Positions 62,473 through 64,000 of a stretch of 64,000 nucleotides of DNA are shown piece by piece (position 1 is the stretch's first letter; every line of letters begins with the position of its first letter). The stretch covers positions 4,960,001-5,024,000 of the forward strand of contig OZ244042.1 of the NCBI GenBank assembly GCA_965215015.1, given 5' to 3'. The DNA comes from Candidatus Poribacteria bacterium. GTDB lineage: Bacteria > Poribacteria > WGA-4E > PCPOR2b. The translations under genes were made by a program, and so were the position numbers. The notes beneath the pieces were generated by a model that saw nothing but the letters and a program-made list of their open reading frames with translations, did no database searches and had not been told where the DNA came from.

Positions 62473-64000
62473 ATGACAAACGACGAAATCAGTGAAGTGT
62501 TCAGAAACATCGGCAATCTGCTTCAAATCAAAGGCGATGACTCCTTCCGTGCTAGAATTTACGATCGAGCGGCGGAGACTGTTGATGAACTCTCGGCGGA
62601 CCTCTATAGACTGGCAGAGGAGGGAAAGCTGCGCTCAATTCCGGGAATCGGCAAAGCCATTGAACAGAAAATTAACGAAATGCTGGAAGCAGGACGGTGC
62701 CCTTTCCATGATAATCTGATTCAGGAAATGGGGGCCGATGTGCTAGACCTACTCGCAATTCGGGGGGTGGGGGTGAAAACAGCGGGACGGTTTTATCAGG
62801 AATTGGGTGTGAAAAGTCTCAGCGATCTCCGAACAGCAATTGATACCGATCGGCTCAAGCAGATGCAACGGATGGGTGCCAAGACAATCGGATTAATCGA
62901 TGAGGGTTTACGATTTCTCGAAGCACAAAAAAAGATGCGCCCGCTCCAGCAGATTTTACCGATTGCGGATGCTGTTTTTGATGCACTCAAAAACTGCTCA
63001 GATGTCAAACGGTTGGATTTCACCGGGGATCTTCGCAGGCGCGAGGAGGTATTACAAAGCATTGAGCTAGTTGCTGAATGTGGCCGTGCACAGGGGATTG
63101 TTGAAGTGTTGTCCGGAGTGAAAGGGGTGGCATCTCCGGTGATACAAGATGAGGGCCGAGTTGTCGCCTCTGTGGATAGAGGGTTTCCATTGCGGGTTCA
63201 TTGTATCAGTGAGACGGAATATGAGGCGACTTTATTTGTAACAACAGGGGCCGATATACACTTAACTAGACTCAATCAGGTTGCAGCATCTCAAGATATT
63301 GAGGCAATGGGTGAACGGTTGCCAGATTGGTCAAAAAATAGGACGGAATCTGACATTTACAGTCAACTTGGATTGCCATTCATCGTCCCTGAATCGCGAG
63401 GCGACGCCGATTCAATTGAGGCAGCATTAGAGAATAATCTGCCAACCCTTATCGAACAGAGCGATCTACGGTGTGATCTGCATATGCACACTAATTGGAG
63501 CGATGGGCGGGGTACAATTCGACAGATGGTCGAAGCTGCGGCATCGCTTGGACATGAGTACATCGCCATTACCGATCACTCCAAATCCTCACGAGTTGCC
63601 AACGGCTTAACACCTGAACAGTTGTTGGCCCAGATTCAACAAGTTCGCTCAATCAATGCAGAAATTGATGGCCTGGAAGTACTCACCGGTTCAGAGGTTG
63701 ATATCCTGAAGGACGGCAGTCTCGACTTTTCTGATGAGCTCTTGGCGCAGCTTGATATCGTTGTGGCAAGTGTTCATGAGGGTTTTTCAATGCGTGAAGC
63801 AGAGATGACCAATCGTGTTATCCGCGCAATCGAGAATCCGTATGTTACTATCATTGGACATCCAACAGGACGCCTGCTAGGGCGGCGCCCGGGGTACGCA
63901 ATCAACCTTGAAGCGGTGATTGATGCAGCGGCAGCGAACCGTGTGGCGTTAGAGGTTAACGCTGCCCCTAGCCGATTGGACCTTGAACCGAATGCGGTGC
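62473..64000 (+). CDS. polX: DNA polymerase X / PHP protein (3'-partial; absent from the ORF track)
   Basis: MTNDEISEVF, IPGIGKAI HhH, GDLRR, DLHMHTNWSDG, ITDHS, GSEVDIL, IIGHPTGR. Confidence 0.93.
   Translation, partial: MTNDEISEVFRNIGNLLQIKGDDSFRARIYDRAAETVDELSADLYRLAEEGKLRSIPGIGKAIEQKINEMLEAGRCPFHDNLIQEMGADVLDLLAIRGVGVKTAGRFYQELGVKSLSDLRTAIDTDRLKQMQRMGAKTIGLIDEGLRFLEAQKKMRPLQQILPIADAVFDALKNCSDVKRLDFTGDLRRREEVLQSIELVAECGRAQGIVEVLSGVKGVASPVIQDEGRVVASVDRGFPLRVHCISETEYEATLFVTTGADIHLTRLNQVAASQDIEAMGERLPDWSKNRTESDIYSQLGLPFIVPESRGDADSIEAALENNLPTLIEQSDLRCDLHMHTNWSDGRGTIRQMVEAAASLGHEYIAITDHSKSSRVANGLTPEQLLAQIQQVRSINAEIDGLEVLTGSEVDILKDGSLDFSDELLAQLDIVVASVHEGFSMREAEMTNRVIRAIENPYVTIIGHPTGRLLGRRPGYAINLEAVIDAAAANRVALEVNAAPSRLDLEPNAV

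Overview
Bacterial chromosomal window of roughly 50% GC. Gene content suggests Candidatus Poribacteria or a related sponge-symbiont lineage (inference only): many PhyH/2OG dioxygenases, a BMC shell gene beside an encapsulated aldehyde dehydrogenase, and TPR, PQQ-repeat and dockerin/FlgD-tailed secreted proteins. Most of the window is metabolic or housekeeping genes (secF 3' part, a two-component pair, sucCD-like, pepC, hisN, nadC, polX 5' part) separated by mosaic intergenic repeats built from IS701-type ends and GTAG-type REP palindromes. The most unusual parts are: (1) a 9.2-14.1 kb accessory island with a sensor-less sigma54 activator, triple palindromic enhancer, a consensus -24/-12 promoter, a small peptide with mirror-symmetric cysteine spacing and two membrane proteins sharing a C-terminal motif; (2) within it, a protein-free IS200/IS605-like element with its own sigma70 promoter and an apparent TnpB-type omega/reRNA plus guide; (3) a single-chain DarT-DarG(macro) fusion; (4) a 3 x 616 bp tandem array of a TM/coiled-coil minigene that also copies the 3' end of the neighbouring gene; (5) an Hfq/LSm-like protein with an N-terminal coiled coil, divergent from a minimal BMC operon; (6) a YdjY-acylphosphatase fusion and a PolX with a substituted polymerase site. 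No tRNA, rRNA or CRISPR array was seen. All family calls are by eye from motifs; no database searches were run.
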